Of a stretch of DNA of 64,000 nucleotides, positions 9,212-18,657 are shown piece by piece; position 1 is the first letter of the stretch; every line of letters starts with the position of its first letter. The notes under the pieces are model-generated. The model did no database searches. It was given only the letters and a program-made list of their open reading frames with translations, and had not been told where the DNA came from. Source of the stretch: Pelagibacterium sp. (GTDB lineage Bacteria > Pseudomonadota > Alphaproteobacteria > Rhizobiales > Devosiaceae); assembly GCF_035555455.1 (NCBI RefSeq), contig NZ_DATMGM010000037.1, positions 84,996-148,995 on the forward strand, given 5' to 3'. The translations under genes were made by a program, and so were the position numbers.

Positions 9212-10434
9212 TATGCACCTGCCCGCGACTTGAGGTTGGCCACGGCCTGGATCATCTTTTCCGCATTAATTTCATGGACTTCGAGACCCACGCCCAGCGC
9301 TTCGATGAGGGTGATGGTCAATTCGCCCCCCAGATGCTCCCTGAATTCGCGCAGGCCGTCGAGCAGGACATTCTGGCCGTCCCGCTCCTGTTCGAGCATC
9401 GGATGCCAGAGCGAAAAGCCCAGTCCCAACAGCACGGCGCGTACCCGCTCATTGTCCTCGGCGGGAAGCAGGCCGGCCAGCACCGCATATTCGGTATCGA
9501 GCGCGATGCCGATGGCAACGGCCTCGCCGTGACGCACCGAAAATTCGGTCAGCATTTCAAGGCGATGGGCCGCCCAGTGGCCGAAATCGAGCGGACGGGC
9601 GGTGCCGAATTCAAACGGATCGCCGCCCTGGCCGATCTGACGCATATGCAGTTCGGCACAGCGCCGGATCATATAGGCCATGGCCTTGGGCTCGAACCTG
9701 GCGAGGTCATCGAGGGCGGTTTCGAGCCAATTGAAGAACTCACCATCGCGGATCAGGGCCACCTTGACCGCTTCGGCAATGCCCGAGCGCTTTTCGCGGT
9801 CGGGCAGGCTTTCGATGAAGTCATAGTCGTTGAACACCGCGAAGGGCGGGACGAAGGTGCCGAAAAAGTTCTTGGAGTCGAAGAGGTTGACGCCGTTTTT
9901 CACGCCCACGCCGGAGTCGTTTTGCGACAGGACGGTGGTGGGGATGCGGATGTGGCGGATGCCGCGATGGGCTGTGGCGGCTGCCAGGCCCACAGCATCG
10001 AGCACCGCGCCACCGCCGATGGCGATGACATAGGAATGGCGGTCGATATGATGCTCGACCATAAACTGTTGCATCTCAACGATTTTTTCGAGGCCTGCTT
10101 TGATGCCCTCGCCGCCGGTCACCGGAACCGGCGCTGTAACGAGCTCGATATGGGCCGCGTGGCGGGCCGCATAGCGGGCGATTTCGTCGGCGAGAGAGGG
10201 GCGCGCGGCCAGGATTCCGGCGTCGGCGAAGATCAGGACCTTGTGGCGGCGATCGGGCTCAAGGCGCCGGAGGGTATCGACAAGGGCGGTGTTTTCGGGG
10301 TCGAAAATCCCGGTGCAGAATACTACCGGGAAGGTGTAGTCCACAGAGAAATTCTGCTGCCGTACGGTCACGGCATGGCCGTTGTGGGCATCGGACGATC
10401 GCGTGGGGGCGGCGAGAGGTTCAATCATTGCCAT
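9211..10434 (-). CDS. eboD: EboD, 3-dehydroquinate synthase-like sugar phosphate cyclase
   Basis: IGGGAVLD, PTTVLSQNDSGVGVKNG, EAVKVALI, LDFGHW.AH.LE, HGEAVAIG. Confidence 0.93.
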   Translation of the reverse strand: MAMIEPLAAPTRSSDAHNGHAVTVRQQNFSVDYTFPVVFCTGIFDPENTALVDTLRRLEPDRRHKVLIFADAGILAARPSLADEIARYAARHAAHIELVTAPVPVTGGEGIKAGLEKIVEMQQFMVEHHIDRHSYVIAIGGGAVLDAVGLAAATAHRGIRHIRIPTTVLSQNDSGVGVKNGVNLFDSKNFFGTFVPPFAVFNDYDFIESLPDREKRSGIAEAVKVALIRDGEFFNWLETALDDLARFEPKAMAYMIRRCAELHMRQIGQGGDPFEFGTARPLDFGHWAAHRLEMLTEFSVRHGEAVAIGIALDTEYAVLAGLLPAEDNERVRAVLLGLGFSLWHPMLEQERDGQNVLLDGLREFREHLGGELTITLIEALGVGLEVHEINAEKMIQAVANLKSRAGA

Positions 10435-10446
10435 GTGCTGGTCCTG

Positions 10447-10758
10447 TCAGTCTTGCAAACCGCCCATGCCGCTGACGGGGGCTGCGATAGAGCGCGCCTG
10501 ACGTGTGGCATGAAGGTAAAAAAGCGTGAAAATTCCGATAGTTGCCGTGACCGAGCACGACAGCGCCAGGCCGATGTGCCCAGTGTCGGCCACCCCGGAC
10601 AGGTGGAGAACAAGGGCGAGGGCCGAGGCGGAAAGGGCGGCTAGAAATGCGCCGATCACGATGCAGCGCTCGCATATATCGGCGCGCGCCGTACCGTCTC
10701 CGCCGGCAGAACCTTGCTGCCGTTCTGTTGGTTCGGAAACGGCGCTCCGGCCAGTCAT
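10447..10758 (-). CDS. Small membrane protein (two hydrophobic segments) heading the eboD-E-C operon
   Basis: Strong RBS GGGAGGTGGAG before the ATG at 10758; stop 12 bp before the eboD start. Confidence 0.55.
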   Translation of the reverse strand: MTGRSAVSEPTERQQGSAGGDGTARADICERCIVIGAFLAALSASALALVLHLSGVADTGHIGLALSCSVTATIGIFTLFYLHATRQARSIAAPVSGMGGLQD

Positions 10759-10783
10759 CTCCACCTCCCGCTTCATTCGGACT

Positions 10784-10795
10784 CTAGTATTCTAG
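10784..10795. promoter_or_regulatory. Putative GntR-family operator (CTAGTATTCTAG)
   Basis: 1 mismatch to CTAGTATACTAG; upstream of the eboD operon. Confidence 0.6.
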
Positions 10796-11126
10796 AACGG
10801 GAACGAATGTCAAACATCCTGAGGAACCGAAAACCGCACCGAACCTTGGGAAACATTGGCAATAAAATGCTGGTAGTTAGCGCAAGCTTTGCGCCGGTTG
10901 GGACGAAATTGACGCCCATCTGCGGACCTTGCGACGGGGCCCCCAGCCGATGGCGAACTAACCGGTCACAGCCTGTCGGACAGGGCGGGCTGGAGGGCAC
11001 GCGGATCGAGCGCACCTGCGCCCGGCCTGCCGGGTGGGATTTTGCAAAACTGACATATCAGTGTCGCCCCACTGTCAGAGAGCTGCCCTATCTACCCGGC
11101 CAATCCAACCATTAAAGGGCCGTCAA

Positions 11127-12707
11127 GTGACCTATTCCCCCACCCTTCCCAAGCCTGTCCTTCTTATCGCCGCAACAGTGCTGCTGGCCGCCACCTCCTC
11201 GCTGGCCATGGCGCAGGACCGTCCCGACCTCGTTGTCGGCGTTGCCGATCTCCCGCCCACCCTTGAGCCGGGCAAGGAATTGTCCAATGTCGGCACGCGG
11301 GTCAACTACAGCCTGTTCGACACCCTGATCCGCCGCGACTTCCTCTCGGCGGAAGGCGGCGGCGGCTCGGAGCTGGTCCCCGGCCTTGCCACGGAATGGA
11401 CGCGCCTCGACGACCTCACCCTCGAAGTCAAGCTGCGCGACGACGTGACCTTCCACAATGGCGCGCCGCTCACGGCAGAAGACGTGGTCTTTACGTTCTC
11501 GCCCGAACGGCTGAGTGGCGAGAACGCGATCCTGGCTGAAGGGCCGGCGTATTTCTCGGTCCTTGCCGAAGTGAAGGCAATCGACGAGCACACGGTGCAC
11601 TTCATCACCAAATCGCCGGACCCGCTGCTGGAGCACCGTCTCTCGTCCTGGGCGTCGTGGATCGTCAATAAAGAGGACTGGGAAGCCAAGGCCGAGGCCG
11701 ATGGCGGCATCCCGATGTTCCCGGTGGGCACCGGCCCGTTTAAGCTCGATGAATACCGGGCCGACGAATATATCCGCCTTGTCGCCTTTGACGACTATTT
11801 CGACGGCACCCCGACGGCAGAGACCGTCACCTTCCGCGAAATCCCCGAACCTTCGACCCGCGTGGCCGGACTGGTCTCGGGCGAATTCGACATCATCACC
11901 AACGTCGCCCCCGACCAGATCGCGCAGATCGACGGCTATGACGATATCGAGACCCGTTCGGTGGTGCTGGCAAACTCCCACGTCCTTGCCTATGGAACCC
12001 AGGACCCGGTGATCGGCGACGCCCGCATCCGGCAGGCGATGAACCTTGCCATCGACCGCGAGCTGCTCAATGCAGCGCTGTGGGGCGGTCAGGCCGTGGT
12101 GCCCAACGGCCACCAGTATCCCGAATATGGCGAGATGTATAATCCCAACCACGACGGGCTGGTCTATGATCCCGAACGCGCCAGGGAGCTTCTGGCCGAG
12201 GCCGGATATGATGGTGGCCTGATCCGCTACACCACTCAGGCGAACTACTATCTCAATGCCCTGCCCGCCGCGCAGGCCATCATCGAGATGTGGAAGGAAG
12301 TGGGCCTCAATGTCGAACTCAACGTCGTTGAAAGCCTCACCGGCCTCGACATGGCAGCGCTACAGGTCCGCTCTTGGTCCAATTCCACCCGCTATCCCGA
12401 TCCGGTCGGCGGGTTGTGGAACCTGTGGGGTCCGTTCAGCGGCCCGCAGCGGGGCGCCGGCAACTGGGCGGGCACGGAAAATCTCGATCGCTTCAACGAA
12501 CTGGGCCGCATCATCGAGAGCACCGTCGACCTCGAAACCCGTCAGGACGCCGCCTTCGAGATGCTCGACATCTGGGAAACCGACGCGCCGGGCACCATCC
12601 TGTACCAGCCGCTCGAAACCTATGGCGTGTCCAAAAACATCAAGTGGCAGCCCTATACTTTCTATTACATGGACCTGCGGCCCTATAACCTGGGCTTCGA
12701 AGACTGA
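11127..12707 (+). CDS. ABC transporter substrate-binding protein, family 5 (peptide/nickel/opine)
   Basis: GTG at 11127 gives a signal peptide (..AMA-Q); LVPGLATEW, LRDDVTFHNGAPLTAEDV, PVGTGPF signatures. Confidence 0.9.
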   Translation: MTYSPTLPKPVLLIAATVLLAATSSLAMAQDRPDLVVGVADLPPTLEPGKELSNVGTRVNYSLFDTLIRRDFLSAEGGGGSELVPGLATEWTRLDDLTLEVKLRDDVTFHNGAPLTAEDVVFTFSPERLSGENAILAEGPAYFSVLAEVKAIDEHTVHFITKSPDPLLEHRLSSWASWIVNKEDWEAKAEADGGIPMFPVGTGPFKLDEYRADEYIRLVAFDDYFDGTPTAETVTFREIPEPSTRVAGLVSGEFDIITNVAPDQIAQIDGYDDIETRSVVLANSHVLAYGTQDPVIGDARIRQAMNLAIDRELLNAALWGGQAVVPNGHQYPEYGEMYNPNHDGLVYDPERARELLAEAGYDGGLIRYTTQANYYLNALPAAQAIIEMWKEVGLNVELNVVESLTGLDMAALQVRSWSNSTRYPDPVGGLWNLWGPFSGPQRGAGNWAGTENLDRFNELGRIIESTVDLETRQDAAFEMLDIWETDAPGTILYQPLETYGVSKNIKWQPYTFYYMDLRPYNLGFED

Positions 12708-13735
12708 TGTTCTCGATGTCCCCACAGCACGGGAGCGGCATGTTTGCCGCTCCCCAATCCGCCATGTCCACCACCCCGGTGCTCGACATGTCGCGCTTGA
12801 GCGTACATGCCGGTCCCAACGCGCTCGTGGAAGACGTCAGCCTCTCGGTCCGGTCCGGTGAAACCCTGTGTCTCGTCGGCGAAAGCGGGTGCGGCAAGAG
12901 TCTGACCTGCATGTCCATGCTGGGACTTCTCGACGAGAATCTCGCCGTGGGGGGCTCGATCAAGCTGTTCGGGACCGAAACCGTCGGTGCGCCCGAACAC
13001 GTGCTCAACGATCTGCGCGGCAGCGCGGTGACCATGATCTTCCAGAACCCCATGGCAGCGCTGAACCCGGTCAAGCGGGTGGGCGTGCAGATCGCCGAAG
13101 CCATCGTGGCCCACACAGCGCTGCGCGGCGCGGCGGTGGACCGGCGGGTGGCCGAATTGCTCGATCAGGTCGGCATTCCCCATGTGGAGCGCCACAAGCG
13201 CTACTACCCGCATCAATTGTCGGGCGGCATGTGCCAGCGGGTCATGATCGCCATGGCCTTGGCCTGCAAGCCCAAACTGCTGATTGCCGACGAGCCGACC
13301 ACCGCGCTTGACGTGACCATCCAGGCGCAGATCCTGGACCTGATGCGCCAATTGCAGGCCGAACTCGATCTGGCCATCGTGCTGGTGACCCATGACCTGG
13401 GCGTGGTGGCGGAAATCGCCGACCATGTTGCCGTGATGTATGCGGGCCGGGTGGTGGAGGCAGCCCCCGTGGACGCGCTGTTTGACGATCCGCTCCACCC
13501 CTATACGCGCGCGCTGATGGCGAGCCGGATCGGGTTTCGCCGTCGTCCGGGCACAAAGCTCCAGGCCATCCCCGGCACGGTGCCCGCGCCATCGGCACGG
13601 CCCGCGGGCTGTAGTTTCGCCCCCCGCTGCGCGTTGGCCAGCGATGTGTGCCGGACCCGGCCCGTTCTCGCACGCTATGGCAACCGCTCCGTCGCCTGCC
13701 CCTCGTTCGGGGTGCAGGAGGATCTGAGCGCATGA
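12707..13735 (+). CDS. ABC ATP-binding protein (OppD/DppD-like)
   Basis: [27 protein letters not shown] and C-terminal Cys cluster. Exact start uncertain. Confidence 0.9.
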   Translation: MFSMSPQHGSGMFAAPQSAMSTTPVLDMSRLSVHAGPNALVEDVSLSVRSGETLCLVGESGCGKSLTCMSMLGLLDENLAVGGSIKLFGTETVGAPEHVLNDLRGSAVTMIFQNPMAALNPVKRVGVQIAEAIVAHTALRGAAVDRRVAELLDQVGIPHVERHKRYYPHQLSGGMCQRVMIAMALACKPKLLIADEPTTALDVTIQAQILDLMRQLQAELDLAIVLVTHDLGVVAEIADHVAVMYAGRVVEAAPVDALFDDPLHPYTRALMASRIGFRRRPGTKLQAIPGTVPAPSARPAGCSFAPRCALASDVCRTRPVLARYGNRSVACPSFGVQEDLSA

Positions 13736-14631
13736 GCGGAAGCGACAGCGGCGTTGTCGCCGACGCTCTGGTGCAGACCTATGCGAGCGGGCGGAAGCTG
13801 TGGGGCAAGCCCGACACGTTCCGGGCGGTCGACCAGGTCAGCCTGACCATCGCCGAAGGGGAAACGCTCGGGATCGTCGGCGAAAGCGGCAGCGGGAAAT
13901 CGACGCTGGGCCGGATGATTGCCGGGATCGAAGCGCCGGCCAGCGGGACTGTGACCTTCTGGGGCCAGCGCTACGCCAAAGTGGGTTCGCCCGATTGGCG
14001 GCGGCAGCGCCGGGACGTGCAGGTGGTGTTCCAGAACCCGGCGGCGGTTGTCGATCCTCGCTGGACCATCCACGCTCAGGTGCGCGAAGCTCTGACCACC
14101 CATGAAGCGCTTGGCGCATCGGAGGCCGATGACAGGGTGCAGGCGATGCTCGACATGGTCGGGCTGGGGCCGATGAGCCAGCGACTGCCACACCAATTGT
14201 CGGGCGGGCAGTTGCAGCGCGCGGTGATCGCGCGGGCGCTGGTGCTCAAGCCGCGCCTCGTCATCTGCGACGAGGCGGTCAGCGCGCTCGACGTTTCGGT
14301 ACAGGCGCAGATCATCAATTTGATTTTGGACCTGCGCGAGACCCTGAACCTCTCGCTGATGTTCATTTCCCACGATTTGTCGGTGGTGCGCCATATCAGC
14401 GATCGGGTCGGCGTCATGCATGCGGGCCAATTGCTCGAAATCGGGGAGTCGCAGGCGCTGTTTGATGCCCCCCAGCATCCCTATACGCGCCGCCTTCTGG
14501 CGGCCATTCCCGCCGATACCCCGCGGCAGCGCCGCCAGCGCAATCTCAAGATCACCGCCAACCGGCAGGCCACCGCATATCCGTCGCTTAGGGTGATTCC
14601 CGATCTGACCGACTTCGATCGGGCACTCTAA
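13732..14631 (+). CDS. ABC ATP-binding protein (OppF/DppF-like)
   Basis: GESGSGKS, LSGGQLQR, ICDEAVSALD; ATGA overlap with the upstream gene. Confidence 0.9.
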   Translation: MSGSDSGVVADALVQTYASGRKLWGKPDTFRAVDQVSLTIAEGETLGIVGESGSGKSTLGRMIAGIEAPASGTVTFWGQRYAKVGSPDWRRQRRDVQVVFQNPAAVVDPRWTIHAQVREALTTHEALGASEADDRVQAMLDMVGLGPMSQRLPHQLSGGQLQRAVIARALVLKPRLVICDEAVSALDVSVQAQIINLILDLRETLNLSLMFISHDLSVVRHISDRVGVMHAGQLLEIGESQALFDAPQHPYTRRLLAAIPADTPRQRRQRNLKITANRQATAYPSLRVIPDLTDFDRAL

Positions 14632-14664
14632 GTCCTTGTTCTTCCACTTTATTCTGGTTCTCGC

Positions 14665-15387
14665 ATGAAAATCATTGCCCATCGCGGCGACAGCGCCAGC
14701 TTTCCGGAAAATACGCCCGAAAGCTGGTCCGCCGCCTATGCCAATGGCGCTTACGCCATCGAAGCCGACATCCGCCTGTCGCAAGACGGGGTGTGCGTGT
14801 GTGCCCACGATCCCGATCTGCGGCGGCTGTTTGACCGGCCCGAACGGCCCGAGGACCTGCCCTTCGACGCATTGATTGCCCTCAGGAGCGCCGATGGGGG
14901 CCGTATTGTCGGCCTTGCCGACGTGCTGGTGCATGCCCGTGACAACCGCGTGGTGCTGCTCGATCTCAAGGACGAAACCCCCGCGGCGCTCGCCGCCATC
15001 CACACGACAATCGAAGACGCGGTGGCGGTGGATCAGCGGCGGCAGGTGATCGCCGGATGCCACACGCTGGAGGCCGTGAAGTTCTTTGCCGGGTTGGGGC
15101 AGACCCAGATTTTGGGGTTCATCCCGGACCCCGACGCTGGCGAGGCCTTTTTCGAGGCGGGCGCGCCGGTGATCCGGCTGTGGGAACGGGACGTCACCGG
15201 CGCCCGCGTGGCGCACTTGCAGGCAAGGGGAGCGGAAATTTGGGTGACGACCGGCGGGGCCGGCACGCCCCATCGGACCGGCGATACCACGCCCGACACC
15301 CTCGCCGCCCTGGCCAAGGTCGGCGTCAGCGGCGTTCTGGTCAATGACGTTGCGGCAGCCCAAACCATACTGGAGGCGCTATCATGA
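14665..15387 (+). CDS. Glycerophosphodiester phosphodiesterase (GDPD)
   Basis: IIAHRG, PENT, IEADIRLSQDG, HD motifs. Confidence 0.9.
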   Translation: MKIIAHRGDSASFPENTPESWSAAYANGAYAIEADIRLSQDGVCVCAHDPDLRRLFDRPERPEDLPFDALIALRSADGGRIVGLADVLVHARDNRVVLLDLKDETPAALAAIHTTIEDAVAVDQRRQVIAGCHTLEAVKFFAGLGQTQILGFIPDPDAGEAFFEAGAPVIRLWERDVTGARVAHLQARGAEIWVTTGGAGTPHRTGDTTPDTLAALAKVGVSGVLVNDVAAAQTILEALS

Positions 15388-16820
15388 GCACCGGTTCGAC
15401 CCTTCTCGTCACCTTTGACGGCTTGCGGCGTGATCGGGTGACCGCCGCACTCATGCCCAACCTTTTCCGGTTCATGGAAGAGGGCAGCGATTTCCTCAAT
15501 TCACGTTCGGTGTTTCCGAGCGAAACCCGCGTTGCGGTCACCTCGACCATGACCGGTTGCCCGCCGGGGGCCCATGGGGTCGTGGCCAACCAGTTCATTC
15601 ACCCGGTGCGGCCCGATGGCTTGTTCCGCACCGCCGAGTGGGAGGACCTGGAACTGGCCGCAGCGGCGGGGCAGTTGCTCGATTGCCAGACCATGGGTGA
15701 GCGCATGGCCGCAGCCGGGCGGACGATGGCGGTGGTCAGCACCGCCACCATGGGTGCATCGCGCATGATGAATTCGAGCGCCCACGCGCTGGGCCAGCCG
15801 GTGTTTTCGGTGCATGGCGCGCCGGTTTCGACCCCGGACCTGCATCAGGCGGTGATCGACAGGCTTGGGGCCATCCCGCCTGCCGATGCGCCCAACAGTG
15901 CCCGCGTCACCTATGCGACACGCGCGCTGATCGAGGTGGTCTATCCGCGCCACAACCCCGATTTCTGCGTGTTGTGGATGAACGAGCCCGATACAAGTTC
16001 GCACGTGTTCGGCGTCACCAGCGCCGAGACCGAAGCCGCCCAGCGCATGGCCGATGCCAATTTCGGGGAAATCCTGGATTGGTGGCAGGCGGGCAATGGC
16101 CCGGACAACATCATCGTCATGTCCGACCATGGGCAGATCACCGGCGACGCGCAGCTCGAAACGCTCGACATCCTTCCCGCCGAGTTCGGGCGCGCCTCGA
16201 TCGGAGCGTTCAGCGGCATCTATCTCAATGATGCCTCGGACGCCCGCAAGGCCGAAGTGGTGGACTGGCTGGTGCAGCAGGCGTTCTGCGGGCTGGTGTT
16301 TGCCTCCGACTCAAAGGGCGAGGCGATCGATGGCGCCCTGCCCTGGTCGGCGGTGCGCAATGACCATCCCCGCGGCGCCGATATCGGCTTCACCCTGCGC
16401 GCCACCAATTGCGACAAGGGCTGGGGGCCGGAGATCGACCGCTGCCTGTTCGCGGCCTGGATCAAGCCGGGCGGCGGGATGCATGGCGGGCTCAATCGCG
16501 GCGAATTATCGACGGTGCTGGCAGCGCAGGGCCCGGCCTATCGCAAGGGGTTCCGCTCCGATGTGCCGTGCTGGCTGCCCGACATCATCCCCACCGTCTT
16601 GACCACGATGGGATTGCCGACCACGGGCTGCGAAGGCCGTCCGCTGGTCGAGGCGCTGGAGGGGGACGATCCGCGCTTCGGCATCGCGCCCGATGTGGCC
16701 CGGCGCACGCTGATGGCAACCCGCCACGGGCATATCCAGCATCTGCGTCAATGGGTGATCGAGGGGCAGACCATCGTCGATTGCGGGTGGACCGAAGGGA
16801 CGGGAGGCTGGACGCAATGA
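15384..16820 (+). CDS. Alkaline phosphatase superfamily phosphodiesterase/hydrolase
   Basis: FDGLR, SVFPSETR, TGCPPGAHGVVAN, EPD..SH, SDHGQ, GMHGG. Confidence 0.85.
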   Translation: MSTGSTLLVTFDGLRRDRVTAALMPNLFRFMEEGSDFLNSRSVFPSETRVAVTSTMTGCPPGAHGVVANQFIHPVRPDGLFRTAEWEDLELAAAAGQLLDCQTMGERMAAAGRTMAVVSTATMGASRMMNSSAHALGQPVFSVHGAPVSTPDLHQAVIDRLGAIPPADAPNSARVTYATRALIEVVYPRHNPDFCVLWMNEPDTSSHVFGVTSAETEAAQRMADANFGEILDWWQAGNGPDNIIVMSDHGQITGDAQLETLDILPAEFGRASIGAFSGIYLNDASDARKAEVVDWLVQQAFCGLVFASDSKGEAIDGALPWSAVRNDHPRGADIGFTLRATNCDKGWGPEIDRCLFAAWIKPGGGMHGGLNRGELSTVLAAQGPAYRKGFRSDVPCWLPDIIPTVLTTMGLPTTGCEGRPLVEALEGDDPRFGIAPDVARRTLMATRHGHIQHLRQWVIEGQTIVDCGWTEGTGGWTQ

Positions 16821-17755
16821 GCCTGCATTTTCTCATGACCAAGCTGCTGCGCGGCGCGATCACGCTGCTGCTGGCGGTGACGTTTGTGTTTATCGTCCTG
16901 CGCGCCTCGGGCGATCCGGCGCAGATGATGCTCTCGGATGAAGCCTCGCCGCAGGCCATCGAAGCCTTCCGCAAACGCTGGGGGCTCGATGGCTCGTATC
17001 TCGAACAATATGTGACCTATCTAAAAGCGGTGCTCCAGGGCGATTTCGGCGACAGCTTCCGCGATGGGCGGCCCGCCTTGCAGGTGGTGATGGAGCGGGT
17101 GCCGGTGACGCTGCAACTGGGGGTCACCGCGCTGCTGATCACGCTGCTGGTCGGCATCCCCGCCGGGATCATGGCGGCGCTGCATCGCGGCAAATGGGCC
17201 GACCACGCGGCGATGTCGTTCACGATTTTCGGCCAGAGCGTGCCCAATTTCTTTCTGGGCATCATCCTGATTCTGGTCTTTTCGATGACGCTGCGCTGGC
17301 TGCCCAGTTCCGGCACCGGCAGCTTCTGGCACCTGCTGATGCCCGCCGTGACCCTTGCCACGGCAACAGCGGCGACGGTGGCGCGGTTCACCCGCTCCTC
17401 CATGCTCGACGTTCTGCACCAGCCCTTCATGCGCACCGCCAGGGCCAAGGGCATTGCCCATGAACAGCGGGTGTTGCGCCACGCGCTGCCCAATGCCGCC
17501 ATTCCGGTGGTGACCGTGGTTGGCATGCGCATCGGCGGGCTGATCGGCGGGGCGGTAACCATCGAGACGGTGTTTGCCTGGCCCGGTATCGGCATGTTGC
17601 TGGTCAATTCAGTCAACCAGCGCGACGTCGCCGTGGTGCAGGCCGTGGTGCTGCTGATTGCCCTGACCATGGTGGTGGTCAATCTCATCGTCGACCTCAC
17701 CTATGGCTGGCTCGATCCGCGCATCGACCTGCATGACAAGAAGGCCACAGCATGA
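16817..17755 (+). CDS. ABC permease (OppB/DppB-like)
   Basis: TARAKG EAA loop, ETVFAWPGIG, LDPRI; ATGA overlap. Confidence 0.9.
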   Translation: MSLHFLMTKLLRGAITLLLAVTFVFIVLRASGDPAQMMLSDEASPQAIEAFRKRWGLDGSYLEQYVTYLKAVLQGDFGDSFRDGRPALQVVMERVPVTLQLGVTALLITLLVGIPAGIMAALHRGKWADHAAMSFTIFGQSVPNFFLGIILILVFSMTLRWLPSSGTGSFWHLLMPAVTLATATAATVARFTRSSMLDVLHQPFMRTARAKGIAHEQRVLRHALPNAAIPVVTVVGMRIGGLIGGAVTIETVFAWPGIGMLLVNSVNQRDVAVVQAVVLLIALTMVVVNLIVDLTYGWLDPRIDLHDKKATA

Positions 17756-18657
17756 GCAGCGTTGATCTGTCTCCCTCTCCTGTCCAGTTGCGCCGCCACA
17801 GCTGGCTGACCCGCATCTGGAAGGCGCGGCCGCCGCTGGTGATCGGGCTTTGCCTGTTCTGGCTGGCGCTGGTGGTCGTCCTCGCGCTTTGTGCCGAGGT
17901 GCTGGCACCGTTCGGCTATGCGCAACAGAGCCTGCTGATGCGCCTCAGGCCCCCGGCTGCGCTGGGCGGACCCGAGGGGTATTTTTTCGGCACCGACGAT
18001 CTGGGCCGCGACGTGTTCAGCCGCGTCATCTACGCCATGCGCACCAGCATCCTGATTGCCATCATGGCCACGGTGATCGGCGCGACGGTGGGCACGGCCC
18101 TGGGGATCGTCGCCGCGCATTTTCGCGGCTGGGTCGATGATTTGATCATGGTGCTGGTGGATTTCCAGGCCTCGGTGCCGTTCCTGATCGTCGCCCTGGC
18201 CGTGCTGGCTTTTTTCGGCAACAATCTGGTGCTGCTGGTCATGCTTATCGGCCTGTTCGGCTGGGACGGTTATGCCCGTATCGCCCGGGGGCTGGTGCTT
18301 TCGACCAACGGGCAGGGCTATGCCTTTGCCATCCGCACGCTGGGGGTGCATCCGGCCAAGGTCTATATCCGCCACGTGTTGCCCAATATGCTGGGCGTGA
18401 TCATGGTGCAGATCACGCTGAACTTTCCCGAGATCATCCTGCTTGAAACCTCGCTGTCGTTTCTCGGTCTCGGGGTGCAGCCGCCGGGCACCAGCCTGGG
18501 GCTGATGCTGGGCGAAGGCCGCAACTATCTGACCACGGCCTGGTGGATGGGCATCCCCGCCGGTATGGTCATCTTTCTCACAACGCTCGCCATAAGCCTT
18601 GTCGGCGACTGGCTGCGCGATATGCTCGACCCCAATCTGGGATCCAAAACCGCATGA
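17752..18657 (+). CDS. ABC permease (OppC/DppC-like)
   Basis: FGTDDLGRDVFSR, HVLPN, LSFLGLGVQPP. Confidence 0.9.
   Translation: MSSVDLSPSPVQLRRHSWLTRIWKARPPLVIGLCLFWLALVVVLALCAEVLAPFGYAQQSLLMRLRPPAALGGPEGYFFGTDDLGRDVFSRVIYAMRTSILIAIMATVIGATVGTALGIVAAHFRGWVDDLIMVLVDFQASVPFLIVALAVLAFFGNNLVLLVMLIGLFGWDGYARIARGLVLSTNGQGYAFAIRTLGVHPAKVYIRHVLPNMLGVIMVQITLNFPEIILLETSLSFLGLGVQPPGTSLGLMLGEGRNYLTTAWWMGIPAGMVIFLTTLAISLVGDWLRDMLDPNLGSKTA

Noticed and set aside
9049-10644. 531 aa plus-strand ORF (likewise 13675-15363, 23978-25462 and 54651-56585)
   Set aside because: Antisense shadows of well-supported genes, lacking RBS or family motifs, unlike the same-strand nested ORF at 61944-62990.
10801-10815. 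GAAC-N7-AAAC as a LexA box at the ebo promoter
   Set aside because: Degenerate second half-site and no SOS-type context; likely chance.
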